Origin: Sphingobacteriales bacterium | Lineage (GTDB): Bacteria; Bacteroidota; Bacteroidia; NS11-12g; UBA9320 | Assembly (NCBI GenBank): GCA_043511425.1 | Contig: CP121331.1 | Span: 806,470 to 870,469 of the forward strand | Direction of reading: 5' to 3' | Length of the DNA: 64,000 bases | Shown here: piece after piece, positions 9,676 to 19,559 of the stretch | Numbering within the stretch: the first letter of the stretch is position 1 | Layout of the letters: each line of letters opens with the position of its first letter | Translations under genes and position numbers: made by a program | Notes under the pieces: model-generated | What the model was told of the DNA's origin: nothing | The model's database searches: none | Seen by the model: the letters and a program-made list of their open reading frames with translations, nothing else

Positions 9676-10253
9676 TGAATATTGAGATTTGGGCCAGTGG
9701 AGGTGGCACTAATGCTGATGCACTCATCCGATACTTCAAAAATGTCGCTGATATATCCGTAGTATCTGTAGGGTGCAATAGGAGAGAAGCAGGGGTATTT
9801 CAAGTAGCCAAACAACACGCAATTCCTAGTACGTATTGGGGAAAGTCAAACTGGAATACCAAGGATATACTCGCTGAACTTGCAGAAAGAAAAGTAGATT
9901 ACATCGTTTTAGCCGGCTTTCTAAAATTAGTGCCTGCTGAAGTAACACAAGCATACAATGGCAGAATAGTGAATATACATCCTAGTCTTTTACCAGCATA
10001 TGGAGGGAAAGATATGTACGGTAATCACGTACACAACGCAGTTCTTGCCAATAAAGAGGAATTCACCGGAATCACCATTCATGAAGTGAATGAAGAGTTT
10101 GATAAAGGTAAAGTGTTGGCCCAGTATACCACTAAACTATCGCCTTTAACGGAAGGATTGGATTCTATAAAGTCAAAGATTCAGACACTAGAGCATACCA
10201 ATTTCGCACCAGTTGTAGACGCATGGATTAGGTCTAAGACTTTAGTACCTTAA
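9672..10253 (+). CDS. purN: Phosphoribosylglycinamide formyltransferase
   Basis: ASGGGTNA, VLAGFL, NIHPSLLP, GITIHEVNEEFDKG. Confidence 0.95.
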   Translation: MMNIEIWASGGGTNADALIRYFKNVADISVVSVGCNRREAGVFQVAKQHAIPSTYWGKSNWNTKDILAELAERKVDYIVLAGFLKLVPAEVTQAYNGRIVNIHPSLLPAYGGKDMYGNHVHNAVLANKEEFTGITIHEVNEEFDKGKVLAQYTTKLSPLTEGLDSIKSKIQTLEHTNFAPVVDAWIRSKTLVP

Positions 10254-12165
10254 ACTCCGTTCGTCTATTCTTAGATTTTCCAGCGCTAGTAGTATTATCA
10301 TCTATAGGTTGGGTATCTCCATATCCTTTATAGCTCAGTCTTTCGGCATCAATTCCTTTACTTACTAGAAAGTCATATACGGCCTTCGCTCTATCAGTGG
10401 ATAGCTTTAGGTTATACGATGATGAACCTACATTATCGGTATGACCTCCTATTTCTATAGAGACGGTACTATTTTCAGCCATGAAGGTATACAGCTTTTC
10501 TAGTTCCGTAGTACTTTCGGTTTTTAAATCAAACTTATCTGTATCAAAGAAGACATTATTAAGTACTACAGTCTTTCCTTCTTCTAACTTCTCCAGGTCG
10601 ATGTAAATTTCAAAAGGCTTATCGTTCGGTACGTTTGGCATATCGAAGTTCTCGGAGTGAAACAGGTAGCCTTTCTTGTCAATAGTAAGCGAATACCTGC
10701 TATCTGATTTTAAAGGAACCACAAAGGTAGCTTTAGGTCCATCCGCATAGGATATCGTACTCTTGTTTCCATCCAGCGGTGTGAGTACCACACTCGCACT
10801 TATCGGTTTCTTGGTCACAGCATCTCTCACGTAGCCTCTCACATAGCTTACTCGCTTGGCTTGCAACTCTTTTGGGAGCTGAAAGGTATAAATATCTAAT
10901 CCACCTTCACCGTCTGGCATATTATCACTGCTATAGTACGCACTGCTGCCGTCTCTAGATACGATCATGTTCCAGTCATACCCTGTAGTGTTAATAGGAT
11001 AACCTAAGTTTTTAGGATTGTCCCAATTTCCGTCAGGAAGAAGCCGTGTAATAAACAAATCACTCTTGCCCATGCCAGGATGTCCTTCTGAGCTAAAATA
11101 CAACGTGACGTTGTCGGAGTGGATAAAGGGAAACTGTTCATCTTTACTCGTATTTATGTCTGGACCTAGGTTGACAGGATTGCTCCATCCACTATCGCTA
11201 AACTCAGACTTCCAAATATCAGTACCACCAAATCCACCGGGTCTATCACTCGTAAAGTAAAGTACTCGTCCATTAGATGCTATACTTGGCTGTGATTCCC
11301 AATATTTGGTATTAATAGGAGCCTGTAAGTTCAGCGGCTCTCCCCATTTTCCATTTTTATCTATAGTCAGCCATATATCGCACTGTCCTTTACCTCCAGA
11401 TCTACTGCAAGAGGTAAAAAAGATATAGTGTCCATCAGCAGAAACACTAAAGGCTCCTTCATTTTCTACTGTATTGATAGGAGGTCCTAAGTTTTTTATA
11501 GAGTTCCATCCAGCACCGTTTTTAGTTGCGTAATAAATATCCTCATTTGGTCTACGGTCTGTGAGGTCTCCTGTTCTCCGAGTGATATATAAGGTGTTCT
11601 CGTCTATGGAGAATGCTGGACTATACTCTTGCTCTGAGGTATTGATACTTTTACCCATGTTGATAGGTGTGATGTCTACCGGGTTTTTCATAGCTACCTT
11701 GGCAAATGAAATACTTCTCATTTTTAAAGCAGCTTCCTTAGCGTAACTGTCCGCGGTACGATTAACCTTAAGGAAATTGCCATAGAAGTATTCTGCAGAG
11801 TCTAGGGCTCCAGACTCATGGTATATTTTACCCAATTCATACAATGCAAAATAATGGTCTGGTTTAAGCTCCAATAGTTTCTTATACGTGCTTATCGCTT
11901 TGTTAGGCTCATTGTTTTTCTGATAGGTATTGGCCAATGCATCATAAGCATCTATGAATTCTGGTGCTTTTTTTATCGCCTGTTTAAATAAGTCTATAGC
12001 CTCATTGTATTCACCGTACCCTTGCTGCTGCAGTCCTTTATTAAAAGCCACTTGAGCCTTCTTAGGGATGTCTGTTTGCCCATTTACAGTATTAACTGTA
12101 CTACACGCCGCTAACAGTAAACATCCTATTATCCATATCTCAATTCTACGTTTAATTTCTATCAT
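10234..12165 (-). CDS. PorE-like lipoprotein (TPR, PD40 propeller, carboxypeptidase-regulatory-like, OmpA_C)
   Basis: Lipobox LAAC, TPRs, repeated NLGPxINT..E..P PD40 blades, IEIGGHTDNVG..NLKLSTDRA..NRRTEF. Confidence 0.9.
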   Translation of the reverse strand: MIEIKRRIEIWIIGCLLLAACSTVNTVNGQTDIPKKAQVAFNKGLQQQGYGEYNEAIDLFKQAIKKAPEFIDAYDALANTYQKNNEPNKAISTYKKLLELKPDHYFALYELGKIYHESGALDSAEYFYGNFLKVNRTADSYAKEAALKMRSISFAKVAMKNPVDITPINMGKSINTSEQEYSPAFSIDENTLYITRRTGDLTDRRPNEDIYYATKNGAGWNSIKNLGPPINTVENEGAFSVSADGHYIFFTSCSRSGGKGQCDIWLTIDKNGKWGEPLNLQAPINTKYWESQPSIASNGRVLYFTSDRPGGFGGTDIWKSEFSDSGWSNPVNLGPDINTSKDEQFPFIHSDNVTLYFSSEGHPGMGKSDLFITRLLPDGNWDNPKNLGYPINTTGYDWNMIVSRDGSSAYYSSDNMPDGEGGLDIYTFQLPKELQAKRVSYVRGYVRDAVTKKPISASVVLTPLDGNKSTISYADGPKATFVVPLKSDSRYSLTIDKKGYLFHSENFDMPNVPNDKPFEIYIDLEKLEEGKTVVLNNVFFDTDKFDLKTESTTELEKLYTFMAENSTVSIEIGGHTDNVGSSSYNLKLSTDRAKAVYDFLVSKGIDAERLSYKGYGDTQPIDDNTTSAGKSKNRRTEFKVLKS

Positions 12166-12646
12166 ATTCTAATACCTGTATATCTAGGAGTTTGCCATTC
12201 TCTATGCCAAACTTCATCATTGTTCTTTTTTTATGAAAGCCATGCATTCCAATTGCACCAGGATTAAAATGGACCAACCCCAACTCTTTGTCTTTAATAA
12301 CCTTACAAATGTGTGAGTGACCACATATGTATAAGTCTGGCTTTACTTCTAATAAACGGTCTTTTACCCCTTTCTCGTATCTACACGGATATCCGCCTAT
12401 ATGTGTAATATAAACGGTTAATCCCTCGATGGTAAAATAAACCTCTTTCGGGTATACTGCCCTAACGGGACCTCCATCAATATTTCCGTAGACACCACGT
12501 ACCATTTTAGTACGACCGATTGCATCACTCACCGCTAAATCTCCCCAGTCTCCGGCGTGCCATACTTCATCACAATCTGCCATATGATTTTCCACCTCCG
12601 CGCTTATATAGCTGTGCGTGTCCGATATGAGCAGTATTCGTTTAAT
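12152..12646 (-). CDS. YfcE-like metallophosphoesterase (extended to a probable ATT start)
   Basis: In-frame upstream extension IKRILLISDTHSY supplies the DxH metal motif; also HAGD, GNID, THIG, GHSH, NPGA. Confidence 0.88.
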   Translation of the reverse strand: MKRILLISDTHSYISAEVENHMADCDEVWHAGDWGDLAVSDAIGRTKMVRGVYGNIDGGPVRAVYPKEVYFTIEGLTVYITHIGGYPCRYEKGVKDRLLEVKPDLYICGHSHICKVIKDKELGLVHFNPGAIGMHGFHKKRTMMKFGIENGKLLDIQVLEYDRN

Positions 12647-12705
12647 GGGGTAAAAATAAGGAGCTTTATCCTATTATTCTTCAAAATCTACGACCTTTGA
12701 ATACA

Positions 12706-13359
12706 ATGTCAGTAAATATGATTTTACTTATCAGCATAGGTGCGGTAAGTTACTTCTCGTTTTCCAATAGAGCGCTCTTTGCAAAGCTTCTTTTTAATCC
12801 CTATAAAATAGATCAGAGTAAGGAATGGTATCGCTTCTTAACCAGTGCTTGGGTGCATGCTGACTTCAATCATCTATTCCTTAATCTTTTTGTACTTTGG
12901 GGTTTTGGAGGGTTTGTCGAAGGTGTATTCGTAGCGTGGTATGGCCCTTTAGGATCCGCCTACTACCTATCTCTTTTCGTAGGTTCTACACTAATAGCCC
13001 ACCTGCCGGGTTATCTAAAAAATACGGATAACTATGCCTACTCTGCAGTAGGAGCTAGTGGAGGAGTTTCTGGAGTCTTATTTGCTAGTATCATGATTCA
13101 GCCTTTGGAAAACCTGTGCTTATACTTTGTTCTGTGTCTACCCAGTGTGATTTTCGGAGTGTTATACCTCTTTTACTCTCAGTATATGAATAAGAAAGGG
13201 AATGATAACATAGGGCATGAAGCTCACATTTGGGGAGCTCTAGGCGGAGTGATACTTATCATCGCTTTTAGGCCATCAGTGGTGACCAATTTTATATATC
13301 AGGTAACTGAAGCGGTGACCAGTTTTATATATCAGGTAACTGAAGTTCTGCCGTTTTAA
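12706..13359 (+). CDS. Rhomboid-family intramembrane serine protease
   Basis: WYRFLTSAWVHADFNHLFLN, GASG (catalytic Ser), HEAHIWGALGG (catalytic His). Confidence 0.93.
   Translation: MSVNMILLISIGAVSYFSFSNRALFAKLLFNPYKIDQSKEWYRFLTSAWVHADFNHLFLNLFVLWGFGGFVEGVFVAWYGPLGSAYYLSLFVGSTLIAHLPGYLKNTDNYAYSAVGASGGVSGVLFASIMIQPLENLCLYFVLCLPSVIFGVLYLFYSQYMNKKGNDNIGHEAHIWGALGGVILIIAFRPSVVTNFIYQVTEAVTSFIYQVTEVLPF
13281..13345 (+). repeat. 33-bp-period tandem duplication at the 3' end of the rhomboid gene
   Basis: GGTGACCAATTTTATATATCAGGTAACTGAAG (13281-13312) and GGTGACCAGTTTTATATATCAGGTAACTGAAG (13314-13345); one mismatch in 32 nt. Confidence 0.95.
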
Positions 13360-13366
13360 AACAAAT

Positions 13367-13395
13367 AAGCCGTCCCTTAAAAATAGAAACGGCTT
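13367..13395 (-). terminator. Intrinsic terminator between the convergent rhomboid and DUF3127 genes
   Basis: Minus strand reads AAGCCGUUUCU-loop-AGGGACGGCUU (11 bp, two G-U) followed by AUUUGUUUU. Confidence 0.65.
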
Positions 13396-13420
13396 TTGTT
13401 ATTTTTTGGGATTGTCGAAT

Positions 13421-13795
13421 TTAAAAAGGAAGGTCGTCACTATCTTCACTAGTGAAACTTACTCCAGTCACGTCATCCATACCTGCAGGAGGAGCAGATG
13501 CTGCAGGAGAGCTACCGCTATTTACTTTGTCTATTTTCCAAGCCTTCACGTCAGTATACCATCTTGAGTTATACTCACGACTTTCTATATTGATCGCTAC
13601 TTTCACATCATCTCCTTCTTTCATTTCAGCTACTTTATCCGCCATATCCTGAAAACCTACTATCGAGATTTTCTTCGGGTAGTTTTCTGATGTTTCTATA
13701 ACGAAATCTTGCTTTTTCCAAGCGCCTCTTGAGCTTTCGCCATTCTGTGGAGCTAGTAATTGAACTACTTTTCCTTCTAGTATTAAATTATCCAT
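13421..13795 (-). CDS. DUF3127 protein (SSB-like OB fold with acidic DDLPF tail)
   Basis: WKKQDFVIET..YPKKI, INIESREYNSRWYTDVKAWKI, C-terminal DDLPF. Confidence 0.9.
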   Translation of the reverse strand: MDNLILEGKVVQLLAPQNGESSRGAWKKQDFVIETSENYPKKISIVGFQDMADKVAEMKEGDDVKVAINIESREYNSRWYTDVKAWKIDKVNSGSSPAASAPPAGMDDVTGVSFTSEDSDDLPF

Positions 13796-13878
13796 AATAT
13801 TATTGGTACAAGGATAAGTGTAGTTGTTAGTTTATACGACATTTGCTTAATCACTTTTTTTTAACAATTTTTGGAATC

Positions 13879-14532
13879 TTGGAAATACTAATCGCATTTG
13901 GAATTGCAGCATTTTTTAGCTTTATAGGCTCAGTGTTCTTAGGCTTAGTAAATGCAGCGGTTATTAATACTGCAATTACTAAATCAGAGAAGTCTGCATT
14001 GTGGTTAGCCTTTGGTGGGGTCTTACCAGAAATACCTTACACATTAATAGCCATTTTAGGAGCTTCCTATGTTGGTGTATTGGAAAATTATAAAATTCAT
14101 CTAAGCATAGCCATGGGTGTGGTTTTCATTTTAATGGGACTGACGTATATGCTCAAGAAAAATGCAACTCCTGTCACTACGGAAGAACCTAAAACTGGAG
14201 CTTTTTCTAATTTTACGAAAGGTTTCTTGCTAGCCATAGCTAATCCACAGCTTATTTTCTACTGGTCTGGGTACTTAATCTTATTTCAAACAGGAGCCTT
14301 TACGGACGGTAAACCTTTTTTTACATTTACGGACTCTCCTTGGGATCCAACCAAATGGAGCTTTGCTTTAGGTGCGGCAGCAGGGGCTTTTCTCATTCTA
14401 TTTATTTATATAAAACTCAGTACAGTCTATAAAAATCAATTAACCAAACTGATAGGAGATAAGTTTTCTCTTATAATTGGCGCCCTGTTCATCGGAATAG
14501 GTCTATTTACAATAATCAAGAATGTTATCTAG
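13879..14532 (+). CDS. LysE-family translocator
   Basis: Six hydrophobic segments, GSVFLGLVN, FTKGFLLAIANPQ. Start uncertain (TTG 13879 or 13843). Confidence 0.78.
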   Translation: MEILIAFGIAAFFSFIGSVFLGLVNAAVINTAITKSEKSALWLAFGGVLPEIPYTLIAILGASYVGVLENYKIHLSIAMGVVFILMGLTYMLKKNATPVTTEEPKTGAFSNFTKGFLLAIANPQLIFYWSGYLILFQTGAFTDGKPFFTFTDSPWDPTKWSFALGAAAGAFLILFIYIKLSTVYKNQLTKLIGDKFSLIIGALFIGIGLFTIIKNVI

Positions 14533-16564
14533 AATAGTACTCTTAGGGCTATTGGCATGTTCACTATCTGTAAATGCTCAGCTGTTTCACGCGTTTAAAT
14601 GGAAGCATTTAGGCCCATTTACCACACCAATTGCTACCACGAATGATGGAAGTTGGACAGCAACAGGTCAAGGATGGATAGAGGATATACTAATCACGGA
14701 GAAGTACTGGTATGCGGCAGCCATAACTGGTGGCGTCTATAGAAGTAGAAATGGGGGATGTACTTGGAAAAAAATAGACCAAGACTCAGTGCAGCTAGGA
14801 ACGCTATGTCTGTATGAAGCAAATGGCACCATCTACAGAGGAACAGGGCGAACACATCACTGCCAAGACTTTGGTAGTGGGATACTTCAGTCTAGTAATC
14901 ACGGTAGATCTTGGCAAAGTACACTGCTGGCATTCCAACATCACGAACAAAAAGTAGTATGGGATATCGAAGGTAATGCTCAGGAGATACTAGCGATTAC
15001 GGATACTGAAATTTGGAAAGGTACTACTAACAAAAACGAGAAATGGAACCGGATATATACAGTCCCGGATGAAAATCTTCGATCCATAGTCTATGATGCA
15101 CAAGATGATTCTCATATACTCGTAGCGGGTAAAGAACTCTATGAAAGTACTGATGGAGGTTCCTCGTTTACTGCTATAACCCATAGACTTAGTCTGCCTG
15201 GGTCTGAAACTATTACATTGGAGCGTATAGCTATCTGCCAAGATCAAACTAAAACAAATAGATGGCTTGCTTTCTATGGTGCAAAACGGGAAGGCTACGT
15301 AGATGAAAGTCTAGATAATGGTAAGACGTGGATCAATATCTATCACAATAGAACAATAGAACGTGCAGATAAGCATCATACTGAGATAGCCTTAGTTCCA
15401 GGAGTCCCTGGAGCTATTGTCCTAGGTACGTTTAGAGCCTACATCAGTACAGACAGCGGAAAAACATTTACGGTTTCTACTATGCCCATTAAAGGCCATA
15501 AGCAGTTTGCTCACGATGATATCAGAGGAATATCAACCACAGAAGACGGCAGTATATTCCTAGCTACCGACGGCGGAGTCTTTATGAGTTCAGATACAGG
15601 CTCCACGTGGCAAGACAAAAGCGGTAAAGGCCTGGTAGCTCATCAATCCTACGGGTTGCATTTACTCCCTGATAATAAAATACTTATCGGTAGCCAAGAC
15701 CTAGGTTATATGTACTATCAAGATAAGAAGTGGAAACAATACGGACGACACTATGGAGATGGTGGCGACGCTCTGTCTACTTCACACGGAATATATATCT
15801 TAGTTGGTGGAAGAATACGTCTTATAGATTCTATTACGAGTACCCGGTATACCAATGCACACCCAAATGACCCTTCGAATCCATTAATAGCCTACTTTTA
15901 TCAGCACCCTACCGATTCTGCGAGTTTCTACTACTTAGGTAATCAAATATGGAAAAACACAGATAAAAAATGGCAGTTAATTTCTAAAGGGGTAGACGTT
16001 AATAATCAATTTATACGTGGCTTTGATGTTAATAAAAGTAATCCTCAGCAGATGTTCGCTAGTTTTGATCAACCTACTTGGAGTCCATCTAATCTAATGC
16101 AAAAATTATTTAGAAGTCTCGATGGGGGAGCGTCTTGGGAGGATATTACCGCTAAACTAGGTATTATAGCCTGGCACCATGTAACAAGTGTGGTATCTAA
16201 CCCAAACACCCCCAAGGAGGTATATGCCAGCTTAGGTAGGATAGACACGGATCAGCTGCACAAAGTGTACAAGAGTACAGACGGAGGGGATACATGGACT
16301 AATTTTTCTGACGGTTTACCAAAGTACGAGACCATTAAACTCAGCTATGTACCAAACAGTAAGGTTTTAATAATGAGTACCGTAGCCGGATTTTATTACC
16401 GTAATGAGAAGATAAATTCTTGGAAACCTATTTCTGGTAAAATACCCAATATAGAAACACGAGATTTTGAAGTACACCCGGAGGGAAAGTACTTATACGC
16501 CGCTACGTATGGTAACGGAGTATGGAGACTTAAAATCCCGAAAAAATGGTACAGAACCAATTAA
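14522..16564 (+). CDS. Secreted BNR/Asp-box (VPS10/sortilin-like) beta-propeller protein
   Basis: Signal peptide; multiple S-x-D-x-G-x-T/S-W boxes; AHDDIR, ATDGGVF, AATYGNGVW. No T9SS CTD. Confidence 0.82.
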   Translation: MLSRIVLLGLLACSLSVNAQLFHAFKWKHLGPFTTPIATTNDGSWTATGQGWIEDILITEKYWYAAAITGGVYRSRNGGCTWKKIDQDSVQLGTLCLYEANGTIYRGTGRTHHCQDFGSGILQSSNHGRSWQSTLLAFQHHEQKVVWDIEGNAQEILAITDTEIWKGTTNKNEKWNRIYTVPDENLRSIVYDAQDDSHILVAGKELYESTDGGSSFTAITHRLSLPGSETITLERIAICQDQTKTNRWLAFYGAKREGYVDESLDNGKTWINIYHNRTIERADKHHTEIALVPGVPGAIVLGTFRAYISTDSGKTFTVSTMPIKGHKQFAHDDIRGISTTEDGSIFLATDGGVFMSSDTGSTWQDKSGKGLVAHQSYGLHLLPDNKILIGSQDLGYMYYQDKKWKQYGRHYGDGGDALSTSHGIYILVGGRIRLIDSITSTRYTNAHPNDPSNPLIAYFYQHPTDSASFYYLGNQIWKNTDKKWQLISKGVDVNNQFIRGFDVNKSNPQQMFASFDQPTWSPSNLMQKLFRSLDGGASWEDITAKLGIIAWHHVTSVVSNPNTPKEVYASLGRIDTDQLHKVYKSTDGGDTWTNFSDGLPKYETIKLSYVPNSKVLIMSTVAGFYYRNEKINSWKPISGKIPNIETRDFEVHPEGKYLYAATYGNGVWRLKIPKKWYRTN

Positions 16565-16585
16565 ACCATGAAGTACCGGATAAAA

Positions 16586-18304
16586 CTAGTTCTGAGGTCT
16601 TAATATCCAGATGTCTTTTTTGGTCTTTTTTGCTTCATTGTAGCTTTCTACAGCGTTTTCTTCGTTCGTTCCTGCAAAGAACCCTATTCGGTACAGTCCT
16701 TTTTCAAACTCTAGAATCTCGGCATCTATAAATCTAGGAAGCCATTTATTCCAAGCTTCATAGGCTTGGGCATAGTCATATGTACTTTCTAATATAATAT
16801 AGTAGAGGTGTTCTTCTGGTGATGTTGCTTTACCTCCAACTTTAGGCGTTTCTGTGACGGGAACGTCTTTGTTTACTGTGGATTCAACGTCCAAAATTGT
16901 TGTCGACTGACTGTCACTCTTCACTACTTGAGTATCTGTTTCACTAGGAATCTGATTTACTGATATCGTGCGGATGACTTCCTTTATAATTTCTACAGGT
17001 TTTGTCTTAGTCAATTGGACATTAATGTTTTGGCTTTCAGAAGCACTAAATGTCTTAGGTTCATATCCCTCGGCTAAGACCCTGCCATCAATATTGGCTA
17101 AATTTTCAGTAGATTTATACGTGTAATTTCCTCTTTTATCAGTAGATGTAAAACAGCCACTTGACCCACCTATCAATACGTAGGCTCCTGGTACAGGTTC
17201 ACCATTCTCATCGGTTACGGTACCAATTACTTTCGTCAATGTAGCTTGTTTGATTACACTAAAGAGTTGTGTTTGTTCTTTATTCTCTCGTTTGATATAA
17301 AAACTATTTTCTGATGTAGGTAAAAATGCGACTTCATTATACGTTGTGTTGAGTTCTGTAGCATTCAGTAATATGGTTTGCTGATTTCCTAAATCTTTAA
17401 ATTTATAAATATCAAACCCGCCTTTACTGGCATGACCGTCCGAGCTAAAATACAACCAGTCTTGAGTCATGATGGGGTTGATTTCATTTCCAGGAGTATT
17501 CACTTCATTACCAAGGCTTATTGGATTTTCAAACACCTCTCCATTATAAACACTTACAAACAAATCATAACCACCCTGTCCATCTGGCCTGTCAGATGAG
17601 AAGTACAGTTTACTGTGCTCTTCATCTATCTGTGGAAACGCTGAATTACCACTCATTGACTTAAAGAGCTTTACAGGCTTTTTCCATTTCCCCTTCTTTT
17701 TCTTGACCAAGTATAGAGCAGATTGATGATTACTAGCATCGATAAGACTTACCACTGCATTGTTTCCATTATTATAAAACGCTACAGAACCTATAGCCAT
17801 ATTTGTGATTCCTACCAGTACCTCTCTTGGGTTAGTAAGGTTACCATCACAGTCTCTACCATATTCCATTACTTTCCCGCCAATGCACGTATATATTTTC
17901 CCTCTATAACTGGTGGGGTTAGATACTGGATACAGGGTCTGGATGGTTTTCACTGAAAGAGAAGAACTAGTGCCTCCCTGTTGCATTTGCTTTGATATAT
18001 TGGTTTTACCAGAAGCATTCTCATATTCTTTTACGAATTCAGCTGCTAAAGCTGGCTTATTATTCAAAATGAGTGTATTCGCAAAAAGAAGAAAATCATG
18101 GGGTTTAAAATTACCGTTTTCTAACTCTATATAAAATAATGCTTCTGCTTCTGTAAAGTTAGACTCGTAATATAATGCTCTAGCTTTTTCAATACCTACA
18201 GCACGAGCACTTGATTTTAAAGCTACTGACAGCTCCGGTAATTGAGCATTGGCAGCGCTAAAAAAAAGTAATATTGCTAGTAATGAAATATAGGTTTTAG
18301 ACAT
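16586..18304 (-). CDS. Periplasmic protein with PD40 propeller, carboxypeptidase-regulatory-like domain and C-terminal SPOR-like domain
   Basis: Start moved to ATG 18304 (MSKTYISLL, signal peptide). LYFSSDRPDGQGGYDLF, GTVTDENGEPVPGAYV, C-terminal YYIIL..GLYRIG..DIWIL. Confidence 0.72.
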   Translation of the reverse strand: MSKTYISLLAILLFFSAANAQLPELSVALKSSARAVGIEKARALYYESNFTEAEALFYIELENGNFKPHDFLLFANTLILNNKPALAAEFVKEYENASGKTNISKQMQQGGTSSSLSVKTIQTLYPVSNPTSYRGKIYTCIGGKVMEYGRDCDGNLTNPREVLVGITNMAIGSVAFYNNGNNAVVSLIDASNHQSALYLVKKKKGKWKKPVKLFKSMSGNSAFPQIDEEHSKLYFSSDRPDGQGGYDLFVSVYNGEVFENPISLGNEVNTPGNEINPIMTQDWLYFSSDGHASKGGFDIYKFKDLGNQQTILLNATELNTTYNEVAFLPTSENSFYIKRENKEQTQLFSVIKQATLTKVIGTVTDENGEPVPGAYVLIGGSSGCFTSTDKRGNYTYKSTENLANIDGRVLAEGYEPKTFSASESQNINVQLTKTKPVEIIKEVIRTISVNQIPSETDTQVVKSDSQSTTILDVESTVNKDVPVTETPKVGGKATSPEEHLYYIILESTYDYAQAYEAWNKWLPRFIDAEILEFEKGLYRIGFFAGTNEENAVESYNEAKKTKKDIWILRPQN

Positions 18305-18338
18305 ATCGGCCGCGAATTTCGTATAAAAATAAAGACTT

Positions 18339-19556
18339 TTACTTATTAATGTCTTTAACAAGACTATTTGCAGCGATATATCCTCCACTCCAAGCTGCCT
18401 GAAAGTTAAAACCTCCAGTTATTGCATCTATATTGAGTAATTCACCTATAGCATATAATCCTGGAAATTTGGTGATTGCAAAAGTTGTATTATTCACCTC
18501 AGCCAGGTCTATTCCTCCAGCAGTGACGAATTCTTCTTTGAAGGTACTTTTACCGTTTATGGCTACTTCATAAGCACACAATGCCGTTACGAGGCGTACT
18601 ATGCCCTTTTTACCAATTTCAGACCAGTTGGTATAGGCTTGTAGATTCGCACTCTCAAAGAGGTTCTGCCAGAGTCTTTTGGGCAGACCATGTCCTTTCC
18701 AAGATAACACCTTATCTTTAGGGTTAGACGTTGCATGTTCTTTAAATGTAGCTGATAGCTCCGTGTGATCGTAACCCGCCCAGTTTATTTTTAGGGTAAA
18801 CGTATAATCTAATTCGCTCAATTCGCGCGCATGCCAAGCGCTTAATCGCAATATCGCTGGAGCCGTGTAGCCCCAATGTGTAATTAATACTGGACCTATT
18901 TCATGACTATTTTTTATTCCGTTGATAGACACCTCAGCACTTGGTACGCTCAGTCCAGCTAGATCTATCTGCTTGTGCTGCTTTGCATTGAAGGTGAATA
19001 AGGATGGGACAGGAGGTACTACTACTATACCCATCGTTGTAAGCATATCATAAATTCCTTTATTACTTCCTGTAGCCAATACTACCTGGTCTACTTCATT
19101 CTGCTCAGTGCCAAAATCCAACTTCCAGTTTCCTTCACCATAGGTCAAATGCTTTAGTCTTTTACCTAGTATTACACTCACATTAAGTCTGCGAGCTTCT
19201 TTGACAAGGCACTGATAGATACTTTGTGAGCTATCACTTTGAGGAAATACTCTACCATCTGCTTCCGTTTTCAGCGGAACTCCACGTTTGGTAAACCAAT
19301 CCTGCGTATCAGCGCTCGTAAATGAATGAAATACCGATTCTAGGAAGTCCCTACCTCTGGGATAATTAGCGGCTAAAGCTGCTGGTTCACTGATGGTATT
19401 GGTTACATTACATCTACCGCCGCCACTTATCAGTACTTTGGCTAATAGCTTATTGCTCGCTTCATAGATAGTTATGTTCGCTTGTGGTAGTTTCTCTGCT
19501 GCATTTATAGCACAGAAAAAGCCTGCTGCACCTCCACCTATGATAGCTATCTTCAT
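18339..19556 (-). CDS. HI0933/YhiN (BaiN-like) flavoprotein oxidoreductase
   Basis: IIGGGAAG, KVLISGGGRCNVTN, GRVFP, VTAGG, TGGFNFQAAWSGG. Confidence 0.93.
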   Translation of the reverse strand: MKIAIIGGGAAGFFCAINAAEKLPQANITIYEASNKLLAKVLISGGGRCNVTNTISEPAALAANYPRGRDFLESVFHSFTSADTQDWFTKRGVPLKTEADGRVFPQSDSSQSIYQCLVKEARRLNVSVILGKRLKHLTYGEGNWKLDFGTEQNEVDQVVLATGSNKGIYDMLTTMGIVVVPPVPSLFTFNAKQHKQIDLAGLSVPSAEVSINGIKNSHEIGPVLITHWGYTAPAILRLSAWHARELSELDYTFTLKINWAGYDHTELSATFKEHATSNPKDKVLSWKGHGLPKRLWQNLFESANLQAYTNWSEIGKKGIVRLVTALCAYEVAINGKSTFKEEFVTAGGIDLAEVNNTTFAITKFPGLYAIGELLNIDAITGGFNFQAAWSGGYIAANSLVKDINK

Positions 19557-19559
19557 ACC

